64,000 bases of DNA from an uncultured bacterium (GTDB lineage: Bacteria > Bacillota_I > Bacilli_A > RF39 > UBA660). Under the pieces are notes generated by a model. That model worked only from the letters and a program-made list of their open reading frames with translations, was not told the DNA's origin and searched no databases. The stretch covers positions 183,313 through 247,312 of the forward strand of contig CASEYV010000001.1 in the NCBI GenBank assembly GCA_949292245.1, written 5' to 3'. Shown here one piece after another: positions 43,776-53,074 of this stretch; within the stretch, counting starts at the first letter, position 1, and every line of letters begins with the position of its first letter. The position numbers and the translations under genes were made by a program.

Positions 43776-46169
43776 ATGAGATTTATAATTGAAACAATAT
43801 CTGGTAGAAAAGGTATTAAGAATTTTGAAAATATTAATGAATATGTTGATTTTATGACTAAAAATGGTAATAAAATTAAAGATATTTTTGAAGCTGATAT
43901 GCCTTACGATGATAAACCAGTTAAATTATCAGATGTTACAACATCTGATGGTTGGAAACAAATTGATTCTTCTGCTTTTGGAAAAATCGATAGTAAAGCT
44001 GAAAAAGGTGATTGTATATTACCTACAAAATCTAAGAGTGTTTTTAAAGATGAAGCTAAATTTGAACCTACAAAATCTTCAGAAAAAGAAGATAGTTCAT
44101 CTTCAAATGTAAAAGTTAAATCACAAACTAATTCTGAATCTAAATCAGAAACAGAAAAAGAAGTAGAAAAAGATTTACCTAAATTTAAATATGAAGATGA
44201 TAATAAATCTGATGATAAAGAAAATAAATCAGAAGAAAAAGAAAAAAATAAGAAAATAGATGAAGCGGTTGAAACACAACCAGATATGTTTGATAATGAA
44301 TATGATACAAATTATGTTGATGGAGTTCAAACATATACTTTTCATGAAATAAATGATTTTATGAGTAAAATTGCCCCAAATTTAAGTTATACTAATGATG
44401 ATGAACAAAATGGTAAAGTATATTTAGGATATTGGGGAAATAATTTATCATTTAATGAATATAAGAGAATTGCTCAAGAAATTAAAAATAAATTTAATGG
44501 AAATGTTCAAGCACATTTAGCTAGAGCACAATATTCTCCAGAACAAAAAACATTATATATTTCTTATACTCCTACACCAGATGATGAACAAGAATTAACA
44601 GAAGATTTTAAAAATGGTTTAAAAAAAGCTGGCAAATATGTTAAAGGAGCTTTAGCTGGTGCAGCTATGGCTGGTGCATTAGCTGGCAACGCACACGCAA
44701 TGGAAGACCCATATTATGATGGTGCAACACAACCATTTGATAGTTCATATGAACAAGTTCAAGATGATTCTGATATGCCACAAATTAAAGCTGTTAAATC
44801 AGATGGAACAATAGTTGACCAATATGGCAATGAATACACAAAAGAAGAATTTGAAGCATTAAAAAGAGGTGAAGACCCATATTATGATGGTGCTAAACAA
44901 CCATTTGGTGAATCTGAAAATTTTGATGATGAAATCAAAGAATCATTAAGAATTGCTGGCGTTGAATTAAATGAAGATTATTACAATCAAGCTAATGATG
45001 AAATAGATGACGGTCAAGATATTGATGACGAAAAAGTTATTGATTCTATTGAACAAATAATGCAAGATAAAGGTATTTCTGAAGAAGAAGCTGTTCAAGA
45101 ATATATTAATTTTTCTGGTATGGATGAAAATATAGTTCAAGATATTTGGAATGATTATAAATCATATTCTGAACAAGCTAATAATGAAGAAGATGGTAAA
45201 CCAGATGAAAAATCAGGAAAGAAAAAATTATTTGAAGAAGACCCATTAGAAGAAGCTCCAATGTCTGATGAAGATTTTGATAGTTTAGAAGACGGAGATA
45301 AAGTTAATTGGGATTTATCAAAATATGATGGAAATTATACTGTTAAGAAAGATGGTGATAAAATAAACTTTATGGGCGATGATGGTCAAGGTAATCAATT
45401 TGATATGGGCAGACAAAAAGATTATGTTAAAAAATACTTTTCAAAAGGTCATAAAGAAAGTCCTGATAAAGATAGCGTGCAATATGCAGAAGATATGGTA
45501 AAATCATTAATTCATGATAAAGAAATGGCAGAATATGATGATTTTGCTTATACAAATGGCAGAATGAGTCGTATTAATAGAAATTTGGATTTTTGGACAG
45601 ATGAGCTTGAAAAAAGACGTGCAAGAGATGCTAAACTTAATGAATCAGAAGAAGAACCATTAGAAGAAGAAATTACTCCTTCAAGATTATGGAAATATCA
45701 AGAACATCCTGAAATGAATTTTGCTATTCTTTCTGCTGACAGAAGTGAAAGAACACCAGAAGAAAATAAAGAAAAATCAGAAGAATTAAAAAAAGATATT
45801 AAATCGATGGGTTATTGGTATACTGAATTAAAAGGTGGTTATGTTGAAGTTGGTAAAAATGGAAAGAGAGTACCTGTTGATGGTGAGGATTCATTCATTG
45901 TACCAAATATGACTAAAGAAGAAGCAATGGAATTAGGTAAAAAATATGACCAAGATACAGTAATGTTTAAAGATGCAAAAGCACATACATTACAATATAT
46001 CATTACTAATGAAAGAGCCGGTAATATTGGTGATGCTGATTCTTCATTTGAAACACAAGCTGGTAAAGATAATTTTTCAGTATCTTCTGGCAATAATTTA
46101 GATTATTATTCAAGACTACCAAAATCAAATAAAAAAGATTTGAAAATTGGTTTTAATTGGAAAGAATAA
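43776..46169 (+). CDS. large multi-domain protein: shared N-terminal module, K/E/S-rich linker, Ala/Gly hydrophobic segment, duplicated EDPYYDGAxQPF motif, and a C-terminal DUF3293-like domain
   Basis: 797 aa. The C-terminal FAILSADRSERTPEENKEKSEELKKDIKSMGYWYTELKGGY...EDSFIVPNMTKEEAMELGKKYDQDTVMF resembles the remembered DUF3293 pattern (fAiiTA.NP....s..eN..r...L...l...G.......G...........E.S.lv......A..lg..f.Q.a). Confidence 0.5.
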   Translation: MRFIIETISGRKGIKNFENINEYVDFMTKNGNKIKDIFEADMPYDDKPVKLSDVTTSDGWKQIDSSAFGKIDSKAEKGDCILPTKSKSVFKDEAKFEPTKSSEKEDSSSSNVKVKSQTNSESKSETEKEVEKDLPKFKYEDDNKSDDKENKSEEKEKNKKIDEAVETQPDMFDNEYDTNYVDGVQTYTFHEINDFMSKIAPNLSYTNDDEQNGKVYLGYWGNNLSFNEYKRIAQEIKNKFNGNVQAHLARAQYSPEQKTLYISYTPTPDDEQELTEDFKNGLKKAGKYVKGALAGAAMAGALAGNAHAMEDPYYDGATQPFDSSYEQVQDDSDMPQIKAVKSDGTIVDQYGNEYTKEEFEALKRGEDPYYDGAKQPFGESENFDDEIKESLRIAGVELNEDYYNQANDEIDDGQDIDDEKVIDSIEQIMQDKGISEEEAVQEYINFSGMDENIVQDIWNDYKSYSEQANNEEDGKPDEKSGKKKLFEEDPLEEAPMSDEDFDSLEDGDKVNWDLSKYDGNYTVKKDGDKINFMGDDGQGNQFDMGRQKDYVKKYFSKGHKESPDKDSVQYAEDMVKSLIHDKEMAEYDDFAYTNGRMSRINRNLDFWTDELEKRRARDAKLNESEEEPLEEEITPSRLWKYQEHPEMNFAILSADRSERTPEENKEKSEELKKDIKSMGYWYTELKGGYVEVGKNGKRVPVDGEDSFIVPNMTKEEAMELGKKYDQDTVMFKDAKAHTLQYIITNERAGNIGDADSSFETQAGKDNFSVSSGNNLDYYSRLPKSNKKDLKIGFNWKE

Positions 46170-46173
46170 TAAA

Positions 46174-46197
46174 AAAGGGGCTTAATTAAGCCCCTTT
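46174..46197. terminator. bidirectional terminator (palindrome centred on TTAATTAA)
   Basis: aaaggggcttaattaagccccttt lies between convergent genes and overlaps the 3' end of 46182..46733. Confidence 0.8.
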
Positions 46198-46733
46198 AAT
46201 ATATCTATTGTTGTATGAGTTGTCCAATGATTTTGATTGTTCATCGCAACATTTTTTAATTTTTCAACAATATTTGTATCATTAAAATTATCATCTCTAA
46301 TAGTTTTTAAATTATTATTTTCTATATATGTAATATATTTTTGTTGACCGTTATGAATAATTTTTTTATATTCTATGATAGGAAAATTATTATAAATAAA
46401 CCCTTCATTCCATAGATTTATTAAATCTTTTAAATAAATACTGTTCAATTCACCATTAAAACCAACACCAGCCATTAAACCACCAATATTATATAATTTT
46501 AAAAATTCAATAATTATTTGGTTGAATGGTGATTTATTTTTTAAATAATCTCTATGATTCCAAATATAATCAAAATGTTCAATAAACCATTTTTTATCAT
46601 TTTCACATTTTTGACTAAATAATTGATTAAATTCTTCTGAATTTTCTCGTTTAAATTTTTCTCGTTGATTAATTAAATTATTAATTTGGTTTTCATAGTT
46701 TTTATATTGTTGTATATAATCTTCATAAGTCAT
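46182..46733 (-). CDS. hypothetical protein downstream of the helicase gene
   Basis: 183-aa ORF with an RBS. No family recognised. Confidence 0.5.
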   Translation of the reverse strand: MTYEDYIQQYKNYENQINNLINQREKFKRENSEEFNQLFSQKCENDKKWFIEHFDYIWNHRDYLKNKSPFNQIIIEFLKLYNIGGLMAGVGFNGELNSIYLKDLINLWNEGFIYNNFPIIEYKKIIHNGQQKYITYIENNNLKTIRDDNFNDTNIVEKLKNVAMNNQNHWTTHTTIDILKGLN

Positions 46734-46779
46734 ATTATTTCTCCTTTAGTTATTGTTTAATGTGGCTAACAATTAGAGT

Positions 46780-48144
46780 TTAAATAACCACAGTTGTATT
46801 TATAGTTGGTTTGTTTAATCCTTGTAAAGTTTTTATAGAGTTCAAAACATTTTGATTATTATCAAAAACAGGATTTTGAACTTGAATTTCTTCTAAATCT
46901 GAAATTAATAATGTATCAACATTAAATTTCATTTTAAGTTTTTTATCTTTAGAACCAGAGTTTCTTGTTTTCAAAAACTTAAATTCATATTCTCCACGTT
47001 GTCTCATAGCATCGTTTGTTCTAACTGAAAAAATATTATCAGCATTTTGTGTTTTTGTTGTTCCACCAGCTACTTTAGACATACCAAATTCCATTTCATC
47101 CATAGAATCTTTAGTAATTTGTGAAGCTGTTAAAACCATTGTATTCTTACCGTTTCTAGTTCTTTCACGAGCAATATCTCTTAATTCAAGTGAAATAGCT
47201 CTATCAATTCTATTTAAATTGTTTGGGTCGATTCTTCTATCACATGGAGACATAATATCGGCATAGTCAATAATTATAATATTTGGAATAATATTTTTTT
47301 CTATTTCAAATTCTTGTATAAAACTTTCAATATCATTGGCATTACAACCGATTGGTAAATCAGCGATTTGTAATATACCAGGTTGAATATCTTTTCTTTT
47401 ATATATAATAGAATCAGATACTTTATTGATATCTTTTCTAATATCTCTATATGGAACATTTGAAACCATAGAAGCCATACGCTTACCGACTAATCTTCTA
47501 TTCATTTCAAGGGTAAAGAATAATACGTTATATCCCATCATTGACCAATTAATAGCCAAGTTTTGCATACAAAGTGATTTACCACTATTTACAGGAGCAA
47601 CGACATAATTAAGTTCACCCCAACCAAAACCACCATACATTAAATCATCAAAAGTATTCCAACCAGTTGGTAATATACCTTGTTCCGATTCTTGTTGTTC
47701 AAGCCATTCTGCAGGTTTATCCCAAAAGTTCATACCTAAATCTTTTTGTAATGATATTTGTTGAGCATCTTTAATTATTTTATCAATACCAGATGTTTCA
47801 CCTTTAGCAATTAATCCGTATGCTTCTTCGACTGCTATTTCAAGGGCACGTTTTTTAATGAATTGCTCCGCCATCCATAAAATAGATGATTGAGTATTAA
47901 TATTATTTTCAATACCATTAATTTTATTATAGTTTAATCTTACTTCAGTATTTAATTGTTCAATAAGAGGTAATGTATTAAATTGATTTGAGAAATCAAT
48001 TAAATATGAAATAGTTGGCTGAAATTTTTTATCAAAATATTCAGGCTTCAAAATAGGTTTAACCCTTGCGAATACCGAAGGGTCACTATAAATTAATTCA
48101 ATTAATGTTTTTTGGTCTTTTTCATCTAAATTTATAGCTGACAT
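46780..48144 (-). CDS. replicative DNA helicase, DnaB / T4 gp41 family
   Basis: Walker A VVAPVNSGKSLCMQNLA, LFFTLEM, and Walker B IIIIDYADIM. The layout parallels gp41 LLAGVNVGKSLGLCSLA...LYISMEM. Confidence 0.85.
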   Translation of the reverse strand: MSAINLDEKDQKTLIELIYSDPSVFARVKPILKPEYFDKKFQPTISYLIDFSNQFNTLPLIEQLNTEVRLNYNKINGIENNINTQSSILWMAEQFIKKRALEIAVEEAYGLIAKGETSGIDKIIKDAQQISLQKDLGMNFWDKPAEWLEQQESEQGILPTGWNTFDDLMYGGFGWGELNYVVAPVNSGKSLCMQNLAINWSMMGYNVLFFTLEMNRRLVGKRMASMVSNVPYRDIRKDINKVSDSIIYKRKDIQPGILQIADLPIGCNANDIESFIQEFEIEKNIIPNIIIIDYADIMSPCDRRIDPNNLNRIDRAISLELRDIARERTRNGKNTMVLTASQITKDSMDEMEFGMSKVAGGTTKTQNADNIFSVRTNDAMRQRGEYEFKFLKTRNSGSKDKKLKMKFNVDTLLISDLEEIQVQNPVFDNNQNVLNSIKTLQGLNKPTINTTVVI

Positions 48145-48198
48145 AAATATCCTTTAGTTTTTACTAATTATAAATGAAATTATGATTATAATACAATA

Positions 48199-48642
48199 TT
48201 ATTCATACATTATTTTCAATGTATTTAATATAATTTTTTGTAATTGTGGTTCTATATTAAATCTTTTAAAAGAATAATCTGTATCTAAAACTGTATTTCG
48301 ACAAGAAGCAGAGGATTCCCAATCGGCAACCATTTCTAAAATATCTAATAAATTCATCTCTTCCACACCATTTTTAAAATGTTCTGGATGATGTCTGTTA
48401 TTAGTATAATGATGGTCTAATGCTTTTTGAATTAACGGTTTTGTATGATTAAAATATTGTTCATAAGAATCAAAATCTTCTCTTTTTATATTATCAACAT
48501 TTTCAAATACATCTTTTTCTTCATTTGAATATTTGGAATTATCGTGATTATCAGCTCTTTCTTTTAATTTAAAAGAAAAATTATATAAAATATTTTTTAT
48601 TAAATCTTTATGCTTTTGTAAATCTTCGGTAAATTTACTCAT
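48199..48642 (-). CDS. DUF5662-like His-rich (metal-binding type) protein
   Basis: ALDHHYTNNRHHPEHFKNGVEEMNLLDILEMVADWESSA matches the remembered DUF5662 core (ALDHHY..NRHHPEHF..G...M.L.DlvEM..DW.aa). Confidence 0.5.
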   Translation of the reverse strand: MSKFTEDLQKHKDLIKNILYNFSFKLKERADNHDNSKYSNEEKDVFENVDNIKREDFDSYEQYFNHTKPLIQKALDHHYTNNRHHPEHFKNGVEEMNLLDILEMVADWESSASCRNTVLDTDYSFKRFNIEPQLQKIILNTLKIMYE

Positions 48643-48651
48643 AATTTATCC

Positions 48652-48801
48652 TTATAATAATATTTTATTACAACTAATAATAATTTGCCCACATTCTGGA
48701 CATTTAATATCTTCCGAAATAGAAATATATAATGGTTGATTAGCTGGAAGATGTGTATCGTGTCCACAATTAGGACATTTAATTGTTTGTGTATCTATCA
48801 T
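48652..48801 (-). CDS. unlisted 49-aa zinc-ribbon mini-protein (CPNC...CPEC)
   Basis: Hand-translated as MIDTQTIKCPNCGHDTHLPANQPLYISISEDIKCPECGQIIISCNKILL. Its ATG overlaps the TGA of the upstream gene (ATGA), and it fills an otherwise empty 155-nt gap. Confidence 0.5.
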   Translation of the reverse strand: MIDTQTIKCPNCGHDTHLPANQPLYISISEDIKCPECGQIIISCNKILL

Positions 48802-49061
48802 TTTATGCGTTCTCCTAATTTAATTTCATAAACTTCATTTAAACCTAAATCATTAGGATGATTAACTTTTTCAATAGAAATAATTTTAAATGTCATTCTT
48901 GGCGGATTTTTTGGAAAAGCCCTTTGAAAAGTTACAGTATCGTAATGTTTAGATAATCTATTATTCCAATATGGTTTAACTTCTCTATATTCAGAAGTTT
49001 TTTCTCCTGATTCAATTAAATCATACCATTTTGTTTTTAATGGTAAAAATAAATCATTCAT
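48798..49061 (-). CDS. small PUA/ASCH-like protein
   Basis: LKTKWYDLIESGEKTSEYREVKPYWNNRL resembles ASCH/DUF3850-type N-termini (..f..i.sG.Kt.E.R). This is a weak call. Confidence 0.35.
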   Translation of the reverse strand: MNDLFLPLKTKWYDLIESGEKTSEYREVKPYWNNRLSKHYDTVTFQRAFPKNPPRMTFKIISIEKVNHPNDLGLNEVYEIKLGERIK

Positions 49062-49072
49062 TTTATTATCCT

Positions 49073-49588
49073 TTAATTATAAAAATCTGGTTTATCTCTT
49101 TTTGTCCAAGTTGGAATTTTATTATCAGCTGTTTCTTTTTTCCATTTGGTAGCAAGATATAATTTATATGCTTTAAAAGTATCTTTCATATTCATTAATT
49201 CATCATAATTTTCATATTCCTTATTGAATTTTCTTGGAAATGGGGTAATGCTGATATTTGGAAAAGTATCTTCATATTGAGGTATAAGTTGAGCAACTCT
49301 CCAAGTATCATGATTTTTATCAAATCTATAACGATATTCATTTAAAGCATCTATTAAATAATAAAATGTCCATTTAAAATTATATTTTGATTCACGAACC
49401 CAAGCATTATGTTCTTCATTAGCATTATAAATTTTATATAATCCTTCTGGTTTATTTTTGATTTTATCATTTAATTGAATTGCGGTTGAAAGCATTTGAG
49501 CAGCTTCAACAATAGTTTTTCTTAATAAAACATCATCTAATGATTGAACGCAATGTTTTGTATTATCGCTTATTGTAAATAAATTCAT
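49073..49588 (-). CDS. conserved phage protein, possibly pyrimidine-dimer glycosylase (DenV)-related
   Basis: The N-terminal SLDDVLLRKTIVEAAQMLSTA and C-terminal KIPTWTKRDKPDFY loosely parallel T4 endonuclease V LADQHLMAEYRELPRVFG and RPTWYKYYGKAIYA. This is a low-confidence call. Confidence 0.3.
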   Translation of the reverse strand: MNLFTISDNTKHCVQSLDDVLLRKTIVEAAQMLSTAIQLNDKIKNKPEGLYKIYNANEEHNAWVRESKYNFKWTFYYLIDALNEYRYRFDKNHDTWRVAQLIPQYEDTFPNISITPFPRKFNKEYENYDELMNMKDTFKAYKLYLATKWKKETADNKIPTWTKRDKPDFYN

Positions 49589-49589
49589 T

Positions 49590-50432
49590 TTATTCCTCTT
49601 TATTTTTAATATATAAACTTTCTAAAACATTTGTATTTTTTGATTTTCCTATAACTCTCCTAAAAGAAGAATTACCACTATTTAGCAAGATATGATTATT
49701 ATATAAATTTTTAGGAATATTAACAATATTATTTTCATTTCCAGCAATTCCATCAAAACTTAACATATAATCACATTTTTGATTTTCTAAAAAAGTCCAT
49801 AATTGAGAATAATCAATAGTTCCATAATACATACCTTTAGTATTGTAATATGGTGGGTCTAAATAGATAAAATCATCCCCATTTGTCTTAATATCGATAA
49901 ATGGTTGATGAATAAATTCTACATTATATTCATTTAATAAATTAAACCAATGAGTTAATATAGGTTTTAATCTTTTGGGTTCAATACCATTTCTTGTAAT
50001 ATGAAAAGAATTATTAAATTCACCCTTAGAATTATATCTTGGCATCCCATTTGTTGTTGTTCTCATGAGAAAGAAAAATAAGCAAGGGTTTCTTTCTAAA
50101 TTAAATTGATGTCTAATAAAATTAAAATATTCTTTTTTCCTTTCTAAGTTATTATCTTTATTTAATTCTTGCCAAAAATATTCATATGTTTCTAAAATAG
50201 TTGATGGCATATTCTTAATCATATTGAATGTATCTATTAATTCTTTATTAATATCTGAACAAATAAAATGTTTAAATTTATTTGGACAATTATTTAATAT
50301 ATAAAATAAAACAGAACAACCACCACAAAATGGTTCATAATAAGTATTATAATTTTTGGTAATGTAAGAAGTGATTTCTTTAGCTTGACTTCTTTTAGAA
50401 CCAGACCATTTAATTATTGGTTGTAAATTCAT
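49590..50432 (-). CDS. dam: DNA N6-adenine methyltransferase, Dam (D12 class) family
   Basis: IKWSGSKRSQAKEI, YYEPFCGGCSV and YLDPPYY motifs. The target sequence cannot be inferred here. Confidence 0.85.
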   Translation of the reverse strand: MNLQPIIKWSGSKRSQAKEITSYITKNYNTYYEPFCGGCSVLFYILNNCPNKFKHFICSDINKELIDTFNMIKNMPSTILETYEYFWQELNKDNNLERKKEYFNFIRHQFNLERNPCLFFFLMRTTTNGMPRYNSKGEFNNSFHITRNGIEPKRLKPILTHWFNLLNEYNVEFIHQPFIDIKTNGDDFIYLDPPYYNTKGMYYGTIDYSQLWTFLENQKCDYMLSFDGIAGNENNIVNIPKNLYNNHILLNSGNSSFRRVIGKSKNTNVLESLYIKNKEE

Positions 50433-50676
50433 TATTTAATTCCTTTAATAATTCATTCATATGAGCTGATTTAATAAGGGGAATAATTATGTTAATTAAA
50501 AATTTTTTATCATAATTAGAAATATTATCTTTATTTATATTTAGATAATATGTCCTAACATTATCTAATACAATAAAAAATAATTTTTTAATTTCTTCAT
50601 TAGAAATATTTTTGGATAAATTATTTTTGATTTTATTATAAGCTATATCACTTTTTAATAACATACTCATCATCAA
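50410..50676 (-). CDS. hypothetical protein
   Basis: 88-aa ORF overlapping both neighbouring genes (an operon arrangement). Confidence 0.45.
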   Translation of the reverse strand: MMMSMLLKSDIAYNKIKNNLSKNISNEEIKKLFFIVLDNVRTYYLNINKDNISNYDKKFLINIIIPLIKSAHMNELLKELNNEFTTNN

Positions 50677-50887
50677 TCCATTCTTCTGGTTTTAAATATT
50701 GAATTTTTCCACATACTGGACAACCTCTATATTTTGTTAATTGTTGTGGTGAATAAATCATTAAATGATTAAGTGTAGTATTAAATGTTTTTGGGTCAAT
50801 TATATCTGCTGCTGTCCAATATTTCCAAAAGTGACCACCAATTTCTTCACATTCTTGTTCAGTTAATTTTCTTTCAATTTTCTTCAT
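50648..50887 (-). CDS. hypothetical protein with a CPVC motif
   Basis: 79-aa ORF, the first gene of the minus-strand block. An AAAGGAG RBS lies upstream. Confidence 0.5.
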   Translation of the reverse strand: MKKIERKLTEQECEEIGGHFWKYWTAADIIDPKTFNTTLNHLMIYSPQQLTKYRGCPVCGKIQYLKPEEWIDDEYVIKK

Positions 50888-50954
50888 AAGTTTCTCCTTT
50901 AACTAAACCACTTCATTGATTTCATTTTAATTAAATCTTTATTATTATTTTATA

Positions 50955-50982
50955 TTGTAAAAAATAAATGTCAATATATAAT
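50955..50982 (+). promoter_or_regulatory. sigma70-like promoter TTGTAA-16-TATAAT
   Basis: Lies about 80 nt upstream of the ATG at 51063. Confidence 0.45.
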
Positions 50983-50996
50983 TATGATAAATAAAC

Positions 50997-51031
50997 GTAT
51001 AAGGCGATTGCGACCAACAACCACCTTATAC
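50997..51031 (+). other. locally GC-rich stem-loop in the 5' leader of the endonuclease-like gene
   Basis: gtataagg-(cgattgcgaccaacaaccac)-ccttatac. It stands out against the AT-rich background. Confidence 0.4.
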
Positions 51032-51062
51032 TAAACAAACAATAACTGAATAGGAGTCATTG

Positions 51063-52004
51063 ATGTCTGACAATATTTACTCATATATTGAAGAGAATTT
51101 CAATATAAAAATTACCGATTATCAATTTAAAAGAGATTATATTAAAAATCCTTTAAAATTATCAAAAAATTTTAAAAAAACGGAACAGCCATACAAAGAA
51201 GATTTAGAGTATTTATATATTACTTTAAATCTAACTTTAAATGATTTATCTAAATTATTCAAAGTTTCATTAAGAACCACAAGAAAATATCCATTACGAT
51301 ATAATATTAAGAAAGAAAAAGATAGAATAATTGAAAATACTATTAAATCAATTAATAAAATATATCATACAAATATAATCAATATAAAACAATTGGAAAT
51401 TAGTAAAATAAATGATAAAAAATCAAAATTAGAACGATATGGTAATGAAAATTATAATAATATTGAAAAAATGAAACAAACATGTTTAGAAAAATATGGA
51501 GTTCAATATTATACGCAAACATCTGAATATAAAAAATATATGAAAAATATAAAAATTATTGAAAATCAAAAAAATAAAGAATATTTAACCAAGATGAAAA
51601 ATAATTCATTTAATATTAGTCATGTAGAAGAAGAAATATATATTTTACTTTGTCAAAAATATAAAGAAGTTAAACGTCAACATAAATCAGAAAAATATCC
51701 ATTTGCTTGTGATTTTTATATACCTGAAATTGATACATATATTGAATATCAAGGTTGGTGGGGTCATGGGTCAGAACCATTTGATAATACTAATATAAAT
51801 CATAGAGAAATAATAAAGAATTGGAATAAAAAAAGTTTTGAGGTAAATTATCAAGGAAAATTAAAGAAAATGTATAATTATGCTATAAAAACTTGGACAA
51901 TTAAAGACCCAAATAAAAGAGATATTGCCAAAAAGAATAATCTTAAATGGTTGGAATTTTTTAATATAAATCAATTTAAAGAATGGTTGAAAACCATTTC
52001 ATAG
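51063..52004 (+). CDS. free-standing endonuclease-like protein (N-terminal HTH-like region, YG-repeat modules, C-terminal PD-(D/E)XK/Vsr-like core); homing endonuclease candidate
   Basis: YPFACDFYIPEIDTYIEYQGWWGHG resembles the DUF559/Vsr-type core (..DF.i....i.IE..G..H). It also has repeats KLERYGNENYNNIEKMKQTCLEKYGVQYYTQTSEYKKY and an own promoter. It lies on the opposite strand between replication genes. Confidence 0.45.
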   Translation: MSDNIYSYIEENFNIKITDYQFKRDYIKNPLKLSKNFKKTEQPYKEDLEYLYITLNLTLNDLSKLFKVSLRTTRKYPLRYNIKKEKDRIIENTIKSINKIYHTNIINIKQLEISKINDKKSKLERYGNENYNNIEKMKQTCLEKYGVQYYTQTSEYKKYMKNIKIIENQKNKEYLTKMKNNSFNISHVEEEIYILLCQKYKEVKRQHKSEKYPFACDFYIPEIDTYIEYQGWWGHGSEPFDNTNINHREIIKNWNKKSFEVNYQGKLKKMYNYAIKTWTIKDPNKRDIAKKNNLKWLEFFNINQFKEWLKTIS

Positions 52005-52992
52005 ATTTAAATTTAATTAAATTTTTATCAGATTCTTTGGAAGTTAATATACTATAAATTGTATATAATCTTCCATATTTCTTAACAGCTTCTTCTGGGT
52101 CTTTAATCCCTTTTTCCCAGTTAGGGAATGATACACTAAATGGCAGATTTTCATCAATAATTTGGTCAATAATTTTCATTCCAGCTTTATCTCTATCTGG
52201 GCAAATTATTATTTCTTTATTGTCTGTAAATGGTAATATTCTTTTTAATCGGTCAGGTGTTATTGTGCTTGATAGATATGCTATTCCATTGATAGCTAAT
52301 GCACAAGTCTGACCTTCTACTAAAATTTCATATTTTCTATCAGTTAATAAATTATCATAATTAAATATGTATCCTGATGGGATAAAATGAATATATTTAC
52401 TATCGGTTTCATTTGTTAATTTTCTTAATGAATATCCAACAATATTACCATATTCATAACAAGGGATTAAAAAATTATATTGTTTATCAGCCCACATTAA
52501 ATCTGACCAACCAAGTAATCTTGGATTACGCTCATTAATATAATTAATAACTGCTTTAAAATATGGATTTTTTTCTCCTTTTAATAATGATTCTTTTATA
52601 GATATATAATTATTTGGTATTTGTCTTATTTCTCTTTTTTTAACTATTATTTTATTTTCAGATGGTGTATCTGAATGAGAATCATTATATTCTTGTATCA
52701 TAGCTCTAAAATTATTTAATTCATTATCTGAAATACCTAAATCTTTAAGCCATAATGTTGTTTCTTTTGATAAAAAATGTCCTAATGTAAATTTACAAAT
52801 AAATTTACAATTAAAGCACTGATAAACAAATCCATCTTCTAAAAATAAAATATTACCTCTGTGTTTAGTATCAGGATTTTCTGTATGATAGCATGATGGA
52901 CAATTAAAATAAATCCAACCATTATTGCGTTGTTTTTTATCAGGTGGTAATATATTATATATTGTTTCTAATATAGGATGCATTTTATTCAC
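51976..52992 (-). CDS. DNA primase, T4 gp61 / DnaG-like (zinc finger plus Toprim)
   Basis: Zinc finger FNCPSCYH...YQCFNCKF, and Toprim motifs ILVEGQTCALAING and IICPDRDKAG. Confidence 0.8.
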   Translation of the reverse strand: MNKMHPILETIYNILPPDKKQRNNGWIYFNCPSCYHTENPDTKHRGNILFLEDGFVYQCFNCKFICKFTLGHFLSKETTLWLKDLGISDNELNNFRAMIQEYNDSHSDTPSENKIIVKKREIRQIPNNYISIKESLLKGEKNPYFKAVINYINERNPRLLGWSDLMWADKQYNFLIPCYEYGNIVGYSLRKLTNETDSKYIHFIPSGYIFNYDNLLTDRKYEILVEGQTCALAINGIAYLSSTITPDRLKRILPFTDNKEIIICPDRDKAGMKIIDQIIDENLPFSVSFPNWEKGIKDPEEAVKKYGRLYTIYSILTSKESDKNLIKFKSMKWFSTIL

Positions 52993-53048
52993 TCTTTATT
53001 TTTTATTAAAATAATAAATTATATGAATGGTATTTTCAATAATTTTTT

Positions 53049-53056
53049 TATAAATA
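53049..53056 (+). promoter_or_regulatory. late promoter TATAAATA
   Basis: Exact motif 19 nt upstream of the ATG at 53075. Confidence 0.5.
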
Positions 53057-53074
53057 CAAATATAAACATACAAT

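Noticed and set aside
50997-51031. Possible tRNA or small RNA gene, suggested by a locally GC-rich patch in an intergenic region.
   Set aside because: It is only about 35 nt with a single stem. I could find no cloverleaf arms or T-loop GTTCRANNC motif. I treat it as a leader hairpin. I saw no tRNA-like sequence elsewhere, but a tRNAscan-type search was not possible.
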